DNA of 64,000 nt from the NCBI GenBank assembly GCA_963664825.1, contig OY761614.1, positions 3,264,001 through 3,328,000 on the forward strand. Reading direction: 5' to 3'. This document shows, one piece after another, positions 18,322 through 29,532 of the stretch. Position 1 is the first letter of the stretch. Every line of letters starts with the position of its first letter. The notes under the pieces are model-generated. The model searched no databases. It worked only from the letters and a program-made list of their open reading frames with translations, and was not told where the DNA came from. The position numbers were made by a program, and so were the translations under genes. The DNA is from an uncultured Holophaga sp. (GTDB lineage: Bacteria; Acidobacteriota; Holophagae; Holophagales; Holophagaceae).

Positions 18322-19567
18322 GTTAGCAGCCCGGTTCCCCTTCGGGATCGGGCCGTCGATCCTCGGTGCCTTGCTGCTGCTGGGCTGCGAACCTGTAACC
18401 CAGCCACCGGCCCAACCTGCAGAGGTGAAACAGTTCGCGGCGGACAACAACCGCTTCGCCTTGGATCTGTTCCGGGACCTGGCTCGGACTCCGGAGAACC
18501 TGGTCTTTTCGCCTTACGGCATCTATGAGGCCCTGGCCATGACCAGCGCCGGGGCGTCGGGAACCACGGCTGCGGAATTCCGGACCCTGCTGCACACGAC
18601 CCTGCCCGAGGAGCGGCTCTTCCGCGCCGCCGCCACCCTGGACGAGCAACTGAAGACCATGCCGGGCTGGCCGAAGGCGAAGACCCCCTCCAGCTTCCGC
18701 GTCAGCAACGGACTCTGGATCGACAAGGGATGGCCCGTGGTGCCCGCCTTCCGGAGGACGATGGAGACTGCCTTCCAGGCGGCTATCGAGAACCTGAATT
18801 TCAAAGGTGAACCCCGGGAAGCCCTGCGCCGCATCAACGGATGGACCTCCCGGGCCACGGAGGGGCGCATCCCGACCATCCTCGAACGTGTTAAGCCCGA
18901 TACCCGCGTGGTGCTCACCAACGCCGTCTCGTTCAAGGGCGGCTGGACCATCGAATTCCAGAAACAGAGCACAAAGCCCGGACCCTTTTTCCCACTGGAA
19001 GGCAGCAAGGAAGAAGCCCCCTTGATGCATGGCGGCAGCATGTTCGACTACGCTGATGCCGAAGGCTGCCAGACACTCGCCATGGATTTCATGGAGGGTC
19101 CCTTTCGCATGCTGGTCATCCTGCCCGAGCGCGCGCGGTTCCGAGCCTTCGAGGAAGGCCTCAGACCGGAGCGTTTGGAACGAATCATCGAGGCCCTTCA
19201 TGCCCATCACGGCGATTGCCTGGTCAATGTCACATTGCCCCGCTTCAAGTTCGAAACCAGCCCCACTGTGCAGAAGACCCTCCAGTCCCAGGGGCTGAAG
19301 ACGGCCTTCACGGATGGCGCGGACTTCAGCCGGATGTCCAAACGCCCGTTGAAGATCGACGAGGTCCTGCACAAGGCCTTCGTTTCCGTGGACGAGAAGG
19401 GCGCCGAGGCGGCGGCTGTGACTGCGGTTGAGATTATTGAGCTCGGGATAAAAGAAGAGGGCAAGCCGAAGATCGTCGAATTCAGGGCCGATCACCCCTT
19501 CGTCTTCCTCATCCAGGATCGAAGCAGCGGCGCGATCCTCTTCATGGGGCGCTACCTCCATCCCTGA
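18314..19567 (+). CDS. Serpin family protease inhibitor, lipoprotein
   Basis: NLVFSP, INGW....TEGRIP, NAVSFKG.W, DEKGAEAAAVT hinge, FRADHPFVFLI..ILFMGR; lipobox LLGC. Confidence 0.95.
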   Translation: MNRLAARFPFGIGPSILGALLLLGCEPVTQPPAQPAEVKQFAADNNRFALDLFRDLARTPENLVFSPYGIYEALAMTSAGASGTTAAEFRTLLHTTLPEERLFRAAATLDEQLKTMPGWPKAKTPSSFRVSNGLWIDKGWPVVPAFRRTMETAFQAAIENLNFKGEPREALRRINGWTSRATEGRIPTILERVKPDTRVVLTNAVSFKGGWTIEFQKQSTKPGPFFPLEGSKEEAPLMHGGSMFDYADAEGCQTLAMDFMEGPFRMLVILPERARFRAFEEGLRPERLERIIEALHAHHGDCLVNVTLPRFKFETSPTVQKTLQSQGLKTAFTDGADFSRMSKRPLKIDEVLHKAFVSVDEKGAEAAAVTAVEIIELGIKEEGKPKIVEFRADHPFVFLIQDRSSGAILFMGRYLHP

Positions 19568-19635
19568 GGACGGTTCGTTGGATCTCGGGAAACGCAGGTC
19601 TTCACCCAGCTCCACTGACAGATCCTCGGCAGGCC

Positions 19636-20436
19636 TCAGGGGAAGGCCGAAGGGCCAGCGGCCAACCGTCTCAGGTGCGCAGCAACGTCCGCTGGAACCG
19701 CATGGTGGGCCTCCAAAGCCGCCAGCAGCGCCAACGCGGCGGGCACCGTGCGTTCATAGCCCCCGGCCCAGGTGGGCAGGGCCGAGGCGGCCTGGGAACA
19801 GCGCATTTCGATCCGTCGATCAACGTTGAAGGGATCCCGGGCCCCAGCCGAGTCGTGGGAGGGCGCTTGCTGCTGCTCCAGGAACTCGAGCACCCGGTCC
19901 AGGCAATGGACCTGAACCAGGCGCATCGCCGAGAGCTTCTCGCCTCTGGCATGCCGATGGAGACCCACGATCAGGTTCGACAACGCTTCACCGATGAGCC
20001 AGTCGGCATCGTGCCGGGCAGGCAGGGGCCGCTCAGCCCAGGCGAGGGCCTCGTCGACCCCATCGCGGCGCCAGATGAAGCGACCGGGTGCGTAGGGGAC
20101 GCCGCTCAGTTCCTGGATCTCGAACACGGCAAATTCGCAGAAAACCCCGTCGGCCATCAGCGCCTTGTGCCCGTCGACGGTGTTCTGGAAGTGCCAGAGC
20201 AAGGGATGGGCCCCGGCGAGCCAGTCCAGGTTCCCCACGTAGCGTCCCTTGGCGCCTTCGCCGACCAGCACAAAGAAATCCAGGTCAGACCAGGCGTCGA
20301 GGCGGTCGGTTTCAGCACCGACAGACCCCAGTCCCAGCAAGGCGAGGGCATCCTCGCGCCCCGAAAGTTCGCGAGCAATGGATGCAAGGCGATCCTGCAG
20401 GAGGCCGGGCGTGACGAACGAAGTGGTGGCGCGCAT
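19636..20436 (-). CDS. Pol-beta superfamily nucleotidyltransferase (LinB/ANT(6)-like)
   Basis: LGLGS...DAWSDLDF motif and a helical C-terminal domain with RGE. Confidence 0.65.
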   Translation of the reverse strand: MRATTSFVTPGLLQDRLASIARELSGREDALALLGLGSVGAETDRLDAWSDLDFFVLVGEGAKGRYVGNLDWLAGAHPLLWHFQNTVDGHKALMADGVFCEFAVFEIQELSGVPYAPGRFIWRRDGVDEALAWAERPLPARHDADWLIGEALSNLIVGLHRHARGEKLSAMRLVQVHCLDRVLEFLEQQQAPSHDSAGARDPFNVDRRIEMRCSQAASALPTWAGGYERTVPAALALLAALEAHHAVPADVAAHLRRLAAGPSAFP

Positions 20437-20634
20437 GTGAACCATGAGGCCTGAGACGGTTGCTGCTTGCAATGCTAATTGGCGTTGGTGAGTCCCATCC
20501 GTGTTCGAAGCATGCCGAACCGTATTCCGGGAAGGAAATTTTCGGAGGGGACTCCGTGGATGAAGGCGAGGAATCCTCCCCCCAGTCCTGAGAGACTGGA
20601 CCTCTGGACCATTCTCTTGAAGGGCGGAAAGCAC

Positions 20635-21786
20635 ATGAATCCCTGGAAGGGCCTCTCGGGTCTCCCCCGTTGCATCTGGATGCTCGCCCTGAGCACCCTC
20701 ATCAACCGCCTGGGCACGATGGTGATGTTCTTCATGACCCTGTACCTGGTGCAGGGCCGGGGCTGGAAGGAGGCGGAAGCGGCCACGGCCATGCTCCTCT
20801 ACGGCCTGGGCGCGCTGGCGGTGAGCCCCTTCTCGGGACGGCTGGCGGATCGCATGGGCCACCGGCGCCTGCTGGCCTGGAGCCTCGTCAGTTCGGCCCT
20901 GGTGCTGATGCTGATCCCCTGGGCGGGATCCAAGGCCCTGTTCTATCCGCTGGTTGTCCTCTGGTCAGCCCTCAACCAGGCCTTCTGGCCCGCCTCCGGA
21001 GCCCTCATCGCCGATCTCACGGCGCCGGAGCAGCGCAAGCAGGCCTTCGTCCTGCACCGCCTCGCCTCCAATCTGGGCATCGCCCTGGGCCCCGCCGCAG
21101 GGGGCCTCATCGCCCAGCATTCCTTCAGGGCCCTCTTCTGGATCGATGGGCTCACGACCCTCCTGGGCGCCGCTGTGCTGGTGGCCTGGGTGCCCGCCAC
21201 GGCCGTGGTCGCCCATGAGGGCGGGAGCCTGAGCGGATGGCGGGACCGGAACCTCCTCTTCCTCCTCCTGGGACTCCTGCCGGTCACCCTGGTCTTCACG
21301 CAGATCCACGGCAGCCTGCCCCTCTGGGTGAGCCGGGATCTGGCCTACGGCCCCAGGATCTTCGGCCTGGTCTTCACCTTGAACACGGTCCTCATCCTCC
21401 TGTTGGAAGTGGCCCTCAACACGCGCCTGGCCAACTGGCGCCCGGGCCGCCAGTTGGCCCTGGGCAGCCTCCTCATCGCCATGGGGTTCGGTTTCACGGG
21501 ACTGGCCCAGACCCTGCCGCTGCTGGCCCTCACGGTCATCGCCTGGAGCCTGGGGGAGATGATCCTGCTCCCCGCCTCCAGCGAGGCCGTGGCCTCCCTG
21601 GCGCCTGCGGATCGTCGAGGCGAATACATGGGCCTGTATTCCCTCAGCTGGACCCTGGGCATGACCCTGGGACCGGGACTGGGGCTCCTGATCTATGCGG
21701 GGTCGGGTCCCCGCGTGCTCTGGCCCGCCTGCGGCGCCTTCGCCCTCCTGAGCACCTTCGCGTTGGCGCGCTTCAGGCCCCGGTAG
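20635..21786 (+). CDS. MFS transporter
   Basis: GRLADRMGHR motif A, about 12 TM helices, AP...RGEYMG. Confidence 0.92.
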   Translation: MNPWKGLSGLPRCIWMLALSTLINRLGTMVMFFMTLYLVQGRGWKEAEAATAMLLYGLGALAVSPFSGRLADRMGHRRLLAWSLVSSALVLMLIPWAGSKALFYPLVVLWSALNQAFWPASGALIADLTAPEQRKQAFVLHRLASNLGIALGPAAGGLIAQHSFRALFWIDGLTTLLGAAVLVAWVPATAVVAHEGGSLSGWRDRNLLFLLLGLLPVTLVFTQIHGSLPLWVSRDLAYGPRIFGLVFTLNTVLILLLEVALNTRLANWRPGRQLALGSLLIAMGFGFTGLAQTLPLLALTVIAWSLGEMILLPASSEAVASLAPADRRGEYMGLYSLSWTLGMTLGPGLGLLIYAGSGPRVLWPACGAFALLSTFALARFRPR

Positions 21787-21824
21787 CGCTGGACACACTC
21801 CTGCGGGAATGTTCGACTGGTTCC

Positions 21825-22271
21825 ATGGCCAAGCGCATCGAACGCATTCAAAAATCCGTGAAGGAGATCCTGGAGGACCTCCTCGCGGGCCACCGGGAGG
21901 CGGCCTTCAATGGCCCCGCCTCGGCCCTCAAATACCTGAACCGCACCTTGGAAGGCCAACAGAGCTTGCCCAATGGCGTGAAGGCCCTCGCCTTCGATCT
22001 CATGGCCGAGGCCAAGGCCCAACTCCAGGACTGGGAGGGCGTGGAAGAGGCCCTCCAGGGATTCCTGATCCATCTGCCCGCCATGGAGGAGGCCCTGGGA
22101 CACCAGTTCCGCGCCACGCTCGAGGCCACCACCGCCCTGGAACGGGGCGTCCAGGCCAGAAGCGAGATGGGCGACTTCCACGGCGCCCTGGAACTCTGTG
22201 ACAGGGCCATCGCGCTGGAACTGGGCGCCCACTGGCAATCCAAGCGGGATAGCCTCGACTGGGCGCGGTGA
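21825..22271 (+). CDS. Hypothetical helical (TPR-like) protein
   Basis: GC3-rich ORF; C-terminal GDFHGALELCDRAIAL is TPR-like. Confidence 0.65.
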   Translation: MAKRIERIQKSVKEILEDLLAGHREAAFNGPASALKYLNRTLEGQQSLPNGVKALAFDLMAEAKAQLQDWEGVEEALQGFLIHLPAMEEALGHQFRATLEATTALERGVQARSEMGDFHGALELCDRAIALELGAHWQSKRDSLDWAR

Positions 22272-23018
22272 TCACCCCACACCCGAATCGCTCCCGGGCC
22301 TGAAGCGTGTGCCCAGGCGGTAGCGGCTGCCGGGGTGGATGCAGCGCACGAAGGTGACGCAAAGGCCCCGGGTCCAGGTGCGGCGCGTGAGGACGAGACA
22401 GGGTGATCCCACCGGCAATCCCAACCTTTCCGCCTGCTCGGGTGTGGCCGCCGTGGCATCCACCACATGTTCGGCCTCGTCCAGGGGCACGGCGCCCAGC
22501 AGGTATTCGCCGGGGAGCACGGAGCGAAAATCCTGTTCCAGGAAGCCGGGGGCGGCCTTGGGATTGACGTAGCGGTCCTCCAGCTGCATGGGAACACCAT
22601 CCTCGAAGTGGATGCCGGCCACATGGAAGACCGAATCCCCTGTCGAGACGCCCAGGGCCGTCGCCACCTCCAGGGGCGCCGATTCCCGCACCGATTCCAG
22701 CAGCAGGAATCGGTATTCATGGCCCCTGGCCCGGATCTCCTGGGCGATATTGACCACCTGGAGCAGGCTGGATTCGGCCTTGCCATCGGCCACGAAGGTG
22801 CCGACGCCGGCCACGCGCGTGAGCAGCCCCTCGGAGGCCAGCTCCCGCAGCCCGCGATGCACCGTCATGCGGGAGATGCCCAGTTCGGCCACCAGTTCGT
22901 GTTCGGAGGCGATGCGGTCCCCCACCTTCCAGGCGCCGGCCTGGATCTTCTGGCGGACCAGTTCCTTGACCGCCAGGTACAGGGCGCCCGAGGCCTTCTC
23001 CTTGAATGTCCTAGGCAT
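22272..23018 (-). CDS. hutC: Histidine utilization repressor (GntR/UTRA)
   Basis: SEHELV...[35 protein letters not shown]; hut context. Confidence 0.95.
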   Translation of the reverse strand: MPRTFKEKASGALYLAVKELVRQKIQAGAWKVGDRIASEHELVAELGISRMTVHRGLRELASEGLLTRVAGVGTFVADGKAESSLLQVVNIAQEIRARGHEYRFLLLESVRESAPLEVATALGVSTGDSVFHVAGIHFEDGVPMQLEDRYVNPKAAPGFLEQDFRSVLPGEYLLGAVPLDEAEHVVDATAATPEQAERLGLPVGSPCLVLTRRTWTRGLCVTFVRCIHPGSRYRLGTRFRPGSDSGVG

Positions 23019-23961
23019 GGGACTCCCTGTGGGCCACGACGCGCCCCAGGATCCGAGCGGCCAGACGCGCCGTGCGGTGATCCTCATCCAGGGAGGGGTT
23101 CAGTTCGGCGATATCGGCCAGGCGCAGCTTGCCACTGGCGCAGGCGGCGTCGAGGATCTTCTCCAGCACCTCCAGGGCCACGCCCCGGGCCGAAGGCGCG
23201 CTCACCCCCGGCGCGTCGGAAGCGGGCAGAACGTCCAGGCAGGTCGTGAGATAGAGGTGATCCACACGGATCAGGAATTCCATCACGAAGGCCAGGGCAT
23301 CCGGCAGATCCGCAAAGCCCATGGCCTCGTCCAGGCGCCAGGTGGCCCCCAGATCCCGGGCCGCCTGGAAGAGGGCCTCGGTGTTGGCGAAGGCGCTGAT
23401 GCCCATCACGGCGTAGTGGAAGGGCCAGGCCTTCTCCTGGCAGGCTCGGGCGATCTGGCGGAAGGGCGTGCCCGAACTGCCGCGCTCCGCGGAGCGCAGA
23501 TCGAAGTGGGCGTCCAGGTTCAGGATGCCGATGCGGGGCGCGGTGCCGAGAGCTTCAAGATGCCTGGCCAGCCCCATGAAACTGCCCCAGGCGATCTCAT
23601 GACCGCCCCCGAGGCCCACGGGGAGGAGCCCCTGATCCAGCAGGGAGGCCACCCGGGCGGCGTAGGCACCCTGCCCCGCCTCCAGGTCGTCGCCCTCCAC
23701 CCGCACCGTGCCTGCGTCAAAGAGCGCCTGGCCGGACCGGGCCGGGAGATTGGACAGGAACCGTCGCAATTCGAAGGGGCCCTCTGCGGCACCGGGACGC
23801 CCCTGGTTGCGCCGCACACCCGCATCGCAGGCGAAACCCAGTAGCGCCACGCCCGAGGAGGCCTCCGGTGTCAGGGGCCGGACCACCTGGTGCCAGCGGA
23901 GGGCCTGTTCACCCTCCACCGCGTCCACACGCCCCCGCCATGGGGACATATCCACATTCAT
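23011..23961 (-). CDS. hutG: Formimidoylglutamase (arginase family)
   Basis: [42 protein letters not shown]. Confidence 0.95.
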   Translation of the reverse strand: MNVDMSPWRGRVDAVEGEQALRWHQVVRPLTPEASSGVALLGFACDAGVRRNQGRPGAAEGPFELRRFLSNLPARSGQALFDAGTVRVEGDDLEAGQGAYAARVASLLDQGLLPVGLGGGHEIAWGSFMGLARHLEALGTAPRIGILNLDAHFDLRSAERGSSGTPFRQIARACQEKAWPFHYAVMGISAFANTEALFQAARDLGATWRLDEAMGFADLPDALAFVMEFLIRVDHLYLTTCLDVLPASDAPGVSAPSARGVALEVLEKILDAACASGKLRLADIAELNPSLDEDHRTARLAARILGRVVAHRESHA

Positions 23962-24024
23962 CGGTGTTCACCCGCAATGGGTTCAGCCCATGTTCTCATT
24001 TGGATCCCAGTGGATAAAGGAACG

Positions 24025-24136
24025 GAACCGCAGAGGGCACAGAGAGAAAAGGAGAGAGCGCAGAGAAAAGAAATCCCAGTGCCTGCCCGTTTCTTCCTCA
24101 GTGCCCTCCTGCTCTTCTCAGTGCCCTCTGTGGTTC
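24025..24136. repeat. Long imperfect intergenic palindrome with purine-rich CAGAG subrepeats
   Basis: GAACCGCAGAGGGCAC...GTGCCCTCTGTGGTTC arms followed by a T-run. Confidence 0.8.
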
Positions 24137-24168
24137 ATTTTTTTTAAAACCCATTCCACAACCCGGAA

Positions 24169-25878
24169 TCAGTCCTTCAGCATGGGTAGCTTGAGGCCCT
24201 TGGTCTTGGCGGTCTGCTTGGCGATCTCGTAGCCCGCATCCGCATGGCGCATGACGCCGGTGCCGCAGTCGTTCCAGAGCACGCGCTCCAGGCGCTTGGC
24301 GGCCTCAGGGGTGCCATCGGCCACAATGACCATGCCAGCGTGCTGGCTGTAGCCCATGCCCACGCCGCCGCCATGATGGAGGCTCACCCAGGTGGCGCCC
24401 CCGGCCACGTTCAGCATGGCATTGAGCATGGGCCAATCGCTGACGGCGTCCGTGCCATCCAACATGCTTTCCGTTTCCCGATTGGGGCTGGCCACGCTAC
24501 CCGTATCCAGGTGGTCGCGACCGATGACGATGGGGGCCTTCAGCTCGCCGGTGCGAACCATCTCGTTGAAAGCGAGACCGGCGAGGTGGCGCTCCCCCAG
24601 GCCCAGCCAGCAGATGCGGGCGGGCAGGCCCTGGAAGGCGATACGCTCCCGGGCCATGTCCAGCCAGCGATGCACGTGCGTATTCTCGGGGAAGAGTTCC
24701 TTGAGCTTGGCGTCGGTCTTATAGATGTCCTCGGGATCGCCCGAAAGGGCCACCCAGCGGAAGGGGCCCTTTCCTTCGCAGAAGAGGGGCCGGATGTAGG
24801 CGGGCACGAAGCCCGGGAAGTCGAAGGCGTTGGCCACGCCGTTGTCCTTGGCCACCTGGCGGATGTTATTGCCGTAATCCACCACGGCGCTTCCCAGGGC
24901 CTTGAAATCGAGCATGGCCCGGACATGCACGGCGCAGGATTTCCCTGCGGCGGCCTTCAGTTCGGCATGCTTGGTCTCGTCGAGCTGGGCGGCCTTCCAC
25001 TGGGGCACGGTCCAGCCCATGGGCAGGTATCCGTTCACCAGATCGTGGGCGCTGGTCTGATCCGTGACGATATCGGGGCGGAGCCCGCCCTGCTTGGCGC
25101 GCTTCACGAGTTCCGGCAGGATCTCGGCAGCGTTGCCCAGCAGGGCGATGGAGACGGCCTCCTTTTTGGCCGTGTGCTCCTTGACCAGTTCCAGGGCGTG
25201 ATCCAGGTTCCTGGCCTGCTTATCCACGTACTTGGTGCGCAGACGGAAATCGATGGAAGTCTGCTGGCACTCGATATTGAGGCTCACGGCACCGGCGAAG
25301 GTGGCCGCCAGGGGCTGGGCGCCACCCATGCCCCCGAGGCCGGCCGTGAGGATCCACTTGCCGGCCAGACTGCCTCCACAGTGCTGGCGACCCGCTTCGG
25401 CGAAGGTTTCGTAGGTGCCCTGGACGATGCCCTGGGCGCCGATGTAGATCCAGCTGCCGGCCGTCATCTGGCCGTACATGAAGAGCCCCTTGCGATCCAG
25501 TTCGTGGAAATGCTCCCAGGTGGCCCACTTGGGGACCAGATTGGAATTGGCGATGAGCACGCGGGGGCTGTCCGGCGTACTCTTCCAGATGCCCACGGGC
25601 TTGCCGGATTGGATGAGGAGCGTCTCGTCTTCCTCCAGGCCCCGCAGGCTCTCCAGGATCTGGTCGTAGCATTCCCAGTTCCGGGCGGCGCGGCCGATGC
25701 CACCGTAGACCACCAGGCTCTTGGGATTCTCGGCCACTTCGGGATCCAGGTTGTTCTGGATCATGCGGTAGGGAGCCTCGATCAGCCAATTCTTGCAGTG
25801 GAGTTCCGTGCCCCGGGGGGCGCGGATCACGCGGCTCTCGTCGCGGCGGGGATCATTGGATGGGAACGGGGAGCTCAT
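24169..25878 (-). CDS. hutU: Urocanate hydratase
   Basis: [42 protein letters not shown]. Confidence 0.98.
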   Translation of the reverse strand: MSSPFPSNDPRRDESRVIRAPRGTELHCKNWLIEAPYRMIQNNLDPEVAENPKSLVVYGGIGRAARNWECYDQILESLRGLEEDETLLIQSGKPVGIWKSTPDSPRVLIANSNLVPKWATWEHFHELDRKGLFMYGQMTAGSWIYIGAQGIVQGTYETFAEAGRQHCGGSLAGKWILTAGLGGMGGAQPLAATFAGAVSLNIECQQTSIDFRLRTKYVDKQARNLDHALELVKEHTAKKEAVSIALLGNAAEILPELVKRAKQGGLRPDIVTDQTSAHDLVNGYLPMGWTVPQWKAAQLDETKHAELKAAAGKSCAVHVRAMLDFKALGSAVVDYGNNIRQVAKDNGVANAFDFPGFVPAYIRPLFCEGKGPFRWVALSGDPEDIYKTDAKLKELFPENTHVHRWLDMARERIAFQGLPARICWLGLGERHLAGLAFNEMVRTGELKAPIVIGRDHLDTGSVASPNRETESMLDGTDAVSDWPMLNAMLNVAGGATWVSLHHGGGVGMGYSQHAGMVIVADGTPEAAKRLERVLWNDCGTGVMRHADAGYEIAKQTAKTKGLKLPMLKD

Positions 25879-25906
25879 GGGGGGCCTCCAAGAAACCTGC
25901 TCATAC

Positions 25907-25919
25907 CTGTCTATACAAG
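25907..25919. promoter_or_regulatory. HutC operator
   Basis: CTGTCTATACAAG (reverse CTTGTATAGACAG) fits the TGTA-N2-(T/G)ACA HutC site, between divergent hutU and hutH. Confidence 0.85.
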
Positions 25920-25962
25920 TTCCGAATCGCGTGCAAGGATATTCTCGAAACCTGGAGCTCCC

Positions 25963-27450
25963 ATGATCCGTCTCGACGGCAAGACACTCAACGCGGCTTC
26001 CCTGGAGGCCATCGCGGCAGGAGAACCGGTGGATCTCGATCCCGCGGCCCTGGCCCTGGTGAAGGAGAATCGCGCCGTCATCGACCGCATCCTTTCGGAA
26101 AAGCGGGTGGTCTACGGCATCAACACGGGCTTCGGCCAGTTCGCCACGGTGGTCATCCCCGAGGATCAATTGGCCCAGCTCCAGCTCAATCTGGTGCGCA
26201 GTCACGCCGCCGGCGTGGGCGAGCCCCTCCCCATCCAGCAGACCCGCGCCCTCATGGCCGCCCGCATCAACTGCCTCCTGAAGGCCCACTCGGGCATCCG
26301 CGTCGAGCCCATCGAGCTCCTGAAGGAATGCCTCAACCGCAATATCGTCCCGGTGGTGCCCTGCCAGGGCAGCGTGGGCGCTTCCGGCGATCTCGCGCCC
26401 CTGGCCCACATGGCCCTGCTGCTCGTGGGCGAGGGACTGGCCTGGGATTGCGGGAAACACGTTGCCGGAGGCGAGGCCCTGAAAAAGGCGGGTCTTGAGC
26501 CCATCCGGCTCCAGCCCAAGGAGGGCCTGGCCCTCATCAATGGCACCCAGCTCATCACGAGCCTCGGCAACCTGGCCGTGGCGCGGCTCCGGAAACTCCT
26601 GCCCCTGGCCGACGAAATCGCGGCCCTCTCTCTCGAGGCCCTGCACGGCACTTCGGCGGCCTACGACGCGCGCATCCACAACGCCCGGCCCCATCCCGGC
26701 CAAATCGAAGTAGCCGCCCATATGCGCGACCTCTTGGCCGAGGAGAGTGAGATCCAGGAGAGCCACAGGGACTGCACCCGGGTGCAGGATGCCTACAGCC
26801 TGCGCTGCCTGCCCCAGGTCCACGGCGTGACCCGCGACGCGCTCAAATTCACGAGCGAAATTCTCGAGCGGGAACTCAATAGCGCCACCGACAACCCGAT
26901 GATCTTCACCGATACCCAGGAGAGCCGCAGCGGCGGCAACTTCCACGGCCAGTACCCGGCCTTCGCCTGCGATGTGCTCGCCATCGCCGTCTGCGATCTG
27001 GCCAGCATCTCCGAGCGCCGCCAGGAACGCATGGTGAACCCGGCCTATTCCGATCTGCCCGCCTTCCTCACCCAGCAGGGAGGGCTCGAAAGCGGCTTCA
27101 TGATGGCCCACGTCACCAGCGCGGCTCTCGTCTCGGAGATGAAGGGCATCGCCCATCCCGCCTGCGTGGACACGATCCCCACCAGTGCCGGGAAGGAAGA
27201 CCACGTCTCCATGGGCCCCATCGCCGCCCGCAAGCTGCTGCGGGCCGTGGACGCGCTGGAGCACGTGCTCTGCATCGAGGCCCGCATGGCCCTCGAAGGC
27301 GTGCGCATCATCGGCTTGAAGCCCGCCCTGGGCGTCCGTCCCCTCTTCGATCGCCTGGCCAAGGCCTGCGCCCCCTGGCATGACCGCGCCATGTATGAAG
27401 AGATGGACAAGACCCTCGAGGCCCTGCGGGAGCACATGGCCGCGTTGTGA
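25963..27450 (+). CDS. hutH: Histidine ammonia-lyase
   Basis: [21 protein letters not shown] (MIO ASG), [23 protein letters not shown]. Confidence 0.98.
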   Translation: MIRLDGKTLNAASLEAIAAGEPVDLDPAALALVKENRAVIDRILSEKRVVYGINTGFGQFATVVIPEDQLAQLQLNLVRSHAAGVGEPLPIQQTRALMAARINCLLKAHSGIRVEPIELLKECLNRNIVPVVPCQGSVGASGDLAPLAHMALLLVGEGLAWDCGKHVAGGEALKKAGLEPIRLQPKEGLALINGTQLITSLGNLAVARLRKLLPLADEIAALSLEALHGTSAAYDARIHNARPHPGQIEVAAHMRDLLAEESEIQESHRDCTRVQDAYSLRCLPQVHGVTRDALKFTSEILERELNSATDNPMIFTDTQESRSGGNFHGQYPAFACDVLAIAVCDLASISERRQERMVNPAYSDLPAFLTQQGGLESGFMMAHVTSAALVSEMKGIAHPACVDTIPTSAGKEDHVSMGPIAARKLLRAVDALEHVLCIEARMALEGVRIIGLKPALGVRPLFDRLAKACAPWHDRAMYEEMDKTLEALREHMAAL

Positions 27451-27464
27451 TGTAAGAATCCACC

Positions 27465-28220
27465 ATGCTCTTTAGCCTCCAGAAGACGCTGGCGATGCTC
27501 GTCATGCCCCTGGGGCTGGTGTGGGTCCTGCTCGCCGGGATGACGCTCTGGAGCCAGAAACTCCGCAGGCCCGCCTTCACGGCGGGCCTCGGCTTTCTGT
27601 GGATCCTCCTGGCCCTGGCCGGGAATCCCTGGGTGGGACGGCGCATGATGGCCCACCTGGAACAGCAAATCCCGACACCGGATTTGGAGCGCGGCCCCGT
27701 CCTGGACGCCATCTGCGTGTTGGGAGGCGGCACGGAGCTGGACGCCCAGGGACGCCCCCACTTCGGCATCTCCGGGGACCGTCTCGCCGAAGCCGCGAGG
27801 CTCTGGCATTCCGGGCGTGCGCGCTGCCTGGTGGCCAGCGGGCGGGGCAACGATGGCCTGCACGGCGACCGAGATCTGGCCCAGGAGACGCGCACCCTGT
27901 GGATGGGCCTGGGAGTGCCCGCGGCGGCCATCCGCGTGGTGGAGACCCCCTGCTTCATCACACGGGACGAGATCGCCGCCTATCGCGCCATGAGCGAACA
28001 GCAGCACTGGGGGCGGGTGGGGCTCCTGAGTTCCGCCTGGCATCTGCCGAGGGCCATGAGCCTGGCCCGGAAGGCCCGCCTCGACGCCATGGCCCTGCCC
28101 TGCGATTTCCAAGGGAGGCCCCGCCGCTTCCGCCCCCAGGAGTTGGTGCCCCAGATGGAAGGCCTCCGTCTCACCCAATTGGCCGCCTGGGAGATGCTGG
28201 GGCAGATGGTGGGGCGCTAG
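27465..28220 (+). CDS. YdcF/DUF218 (ElyC-like) family protein
   Basis: Two N-terminal TMs, [21 protein letters not shown]. Confidence 0.88.
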   Translation: MLFSLQKTLAMLVMPLGLVWVLLAGMTLWSQKLRRPAFTAGLGFLWILLALAGNPWVGRRMMAHLEQQIPTPDLERGPVLDAICVLGGGTELDAQGRPHFGISGDRLAEAARLWHSGRARCLVASGRGNDGLHGDRDLAQETRTLWMGLGVPAAAIRVVETPCFITRDEIAAYRAMSEQQHWGRVGLLSSAWHLPRAMSLARKARLDAMALPCDFQGRPRRFRPQELVPQMEGLRLTQLAAWEMLGQMVGR

Positions 28221-28280
28221 GCACTCTGCTCCAGCCAAGGATCCCTTGCATCCCGCCAGGGCCCATGCTGATCTGGATCC

Positions 28281-29417
28281 ATGCTGCGAGCCACGCTCTT
28301 CATCAGCCTTGCGCTCCTGGTCTTGGGAGGCGCCTTCACCTACATGGCCCGGCGCTCCATGGCGCTCTGTCCCGCCCTGGCCCGCCATCCACGCATGATC
28401 TGGGGTTTCTTCGGGCTCTTTCTCGCGCTCCTGTTCCTGGTGCCCCTGGTCAATCGCCTGGTGGATCACCGGGCGGATTTCCTCTACTGGTTGAGCTACG
28501 GGCTCTTCAGCTTTGTTTCCACCTATCTGGTCTATCTGGCGGCGGCCGATCTCCTACGGTTCCTACTGCGCCGCCTGGTCCACGCCCCCCAAGGCCTCGG
28601 GCTCTGGGCCTTCCAAATCGCCTTGTGCGCCGCGATGCTTTCGGTCCTGATCGGCCTGGTGACGGCCCTGCGCCCTCCGGCCCTCAAGGAGGTGAACGTG
28701 CCCATTCCGGCTCTTCCCTCAGGGCTGGAAGGATTGCGCATCGTGCAGATCTCGGACCTGCATCTGGGTCCTCTCGTTTCCAGGGCCCAGGTGGACGGTC
28801 TCGTGGCCCGCACCAACGCGCTCCATCCCGATCTCATCGTTTTCACCGGGGATCTGGTGGATGGGGAGACCGATGGCGTGAAGGGCAAGGTCGAGGCCAT
28901 GGGAGCCCTGAGGGCGGCTCATGGGGTGTATTTCGTCACGGGCAACCACGAATACTATTCCGGCATCGCCAAGTGGATCCCCATCATCCAGGGCCTGGGC
29001 TGGAGGATGCTGAACAATGAACATGTAATGATCGAACGGAAAGGCGCCCGACTCGCGGTGGCGGGCCTGCCCGACCCTGCCGCCCGCGGCCGACGCGGCA
29101 GCACCAAGGGGCCGGATCTGGCGAAGGCCCTGGCGGGCCTGCCCTTGGACGCCACCAAGATCCTACTCTTCCACCCGCCCACCGGTTATGAAGCCGCCGA
29201 AAAGGCAGGGGTGCGGCTCCAACTCTCCGGTCACACCCACGCAGGCCAGTACTTCCCCTGGAGCCTCCTGGTGCAGTCCCTCTACCGCTTCCCCAAGGGA
29301 CTGCACCGCTTCGGGGGCATGTGGATCTACACCAGCGTCGGCACGGGGTTCTGGGGGCCTCCCAACCGCTTCCTGGTGCCGCCGGAACTGACGTTGCTCA
29401 TTCTGGAGCGCGCCTGA
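28281..29417 (+). CDS. Membrane-anchored metallophosphoesterase (YkuE/YaeI-like)
   Basis: SDLH, GDLVD, GNHE, SGHTHAGQ; N-terminal TMs. Confidence 0.92.
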   Translation: MLRATLFISLALLVLGGAFTYMARRSMALCPALARHPRMIWGFFGLFLALLFLVPLVNRLVDHRADFLYWLSYGLFSFVSTYLVYLAAADLLRFLLRRLVHAPQGLGLWAFQIALCAAMLSVLIGLVTALRPPALKEVNVPIPALPSGLEGLRIVQISDLHLGPLVSRAQVDGLVARTNALHPDLIVFTGDLVDGETDGVKGKVEAMGALRAAHGVYFVTGNHEYYSGIAKWIPIIQGLGWRMLNNEHVMIERKGARLAVAGLPDPAARGRRGSTKGPDLAKALAGLPLDATKILLFHPPTGYEAAEKAGVRLQLSGHTHAGQYFPWSLLVQSLYRFPKGLHRFGGMWIYTSVGTGFWGPPNRFLVPPELTLLILERA

Positions 29418-29517
29418 GGATGACCTCCCGGGAGCATGGAGGTGTTAGACATTTGTCTTCATGCGATTATTATCCATTACTCGACAACCCACCTTGCCCG
29501 GGGCAAAAGCTGGCTTT

Positions 29518-29532
29518 TGGGATGGGAATTGC
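29518..29532 (+). promoter_or_regulatory. Possible sigma54 -24/-12 promoter
   Basis: TGGGATGGGAATTGC versus TGGCACG-N4-TTGC; GG-N10-GC spacing intact, two mismatches. Confidence 0.3.

Noticed and set aside
24169..27450. 1088 aa and 1068 aa overlapping ORFs suggesting a HutU-HutH fusion
   Set aside because: Each is a real gene extended by the stop-free antisense frame of the divergent gene; true starts are 25878 and 25963.
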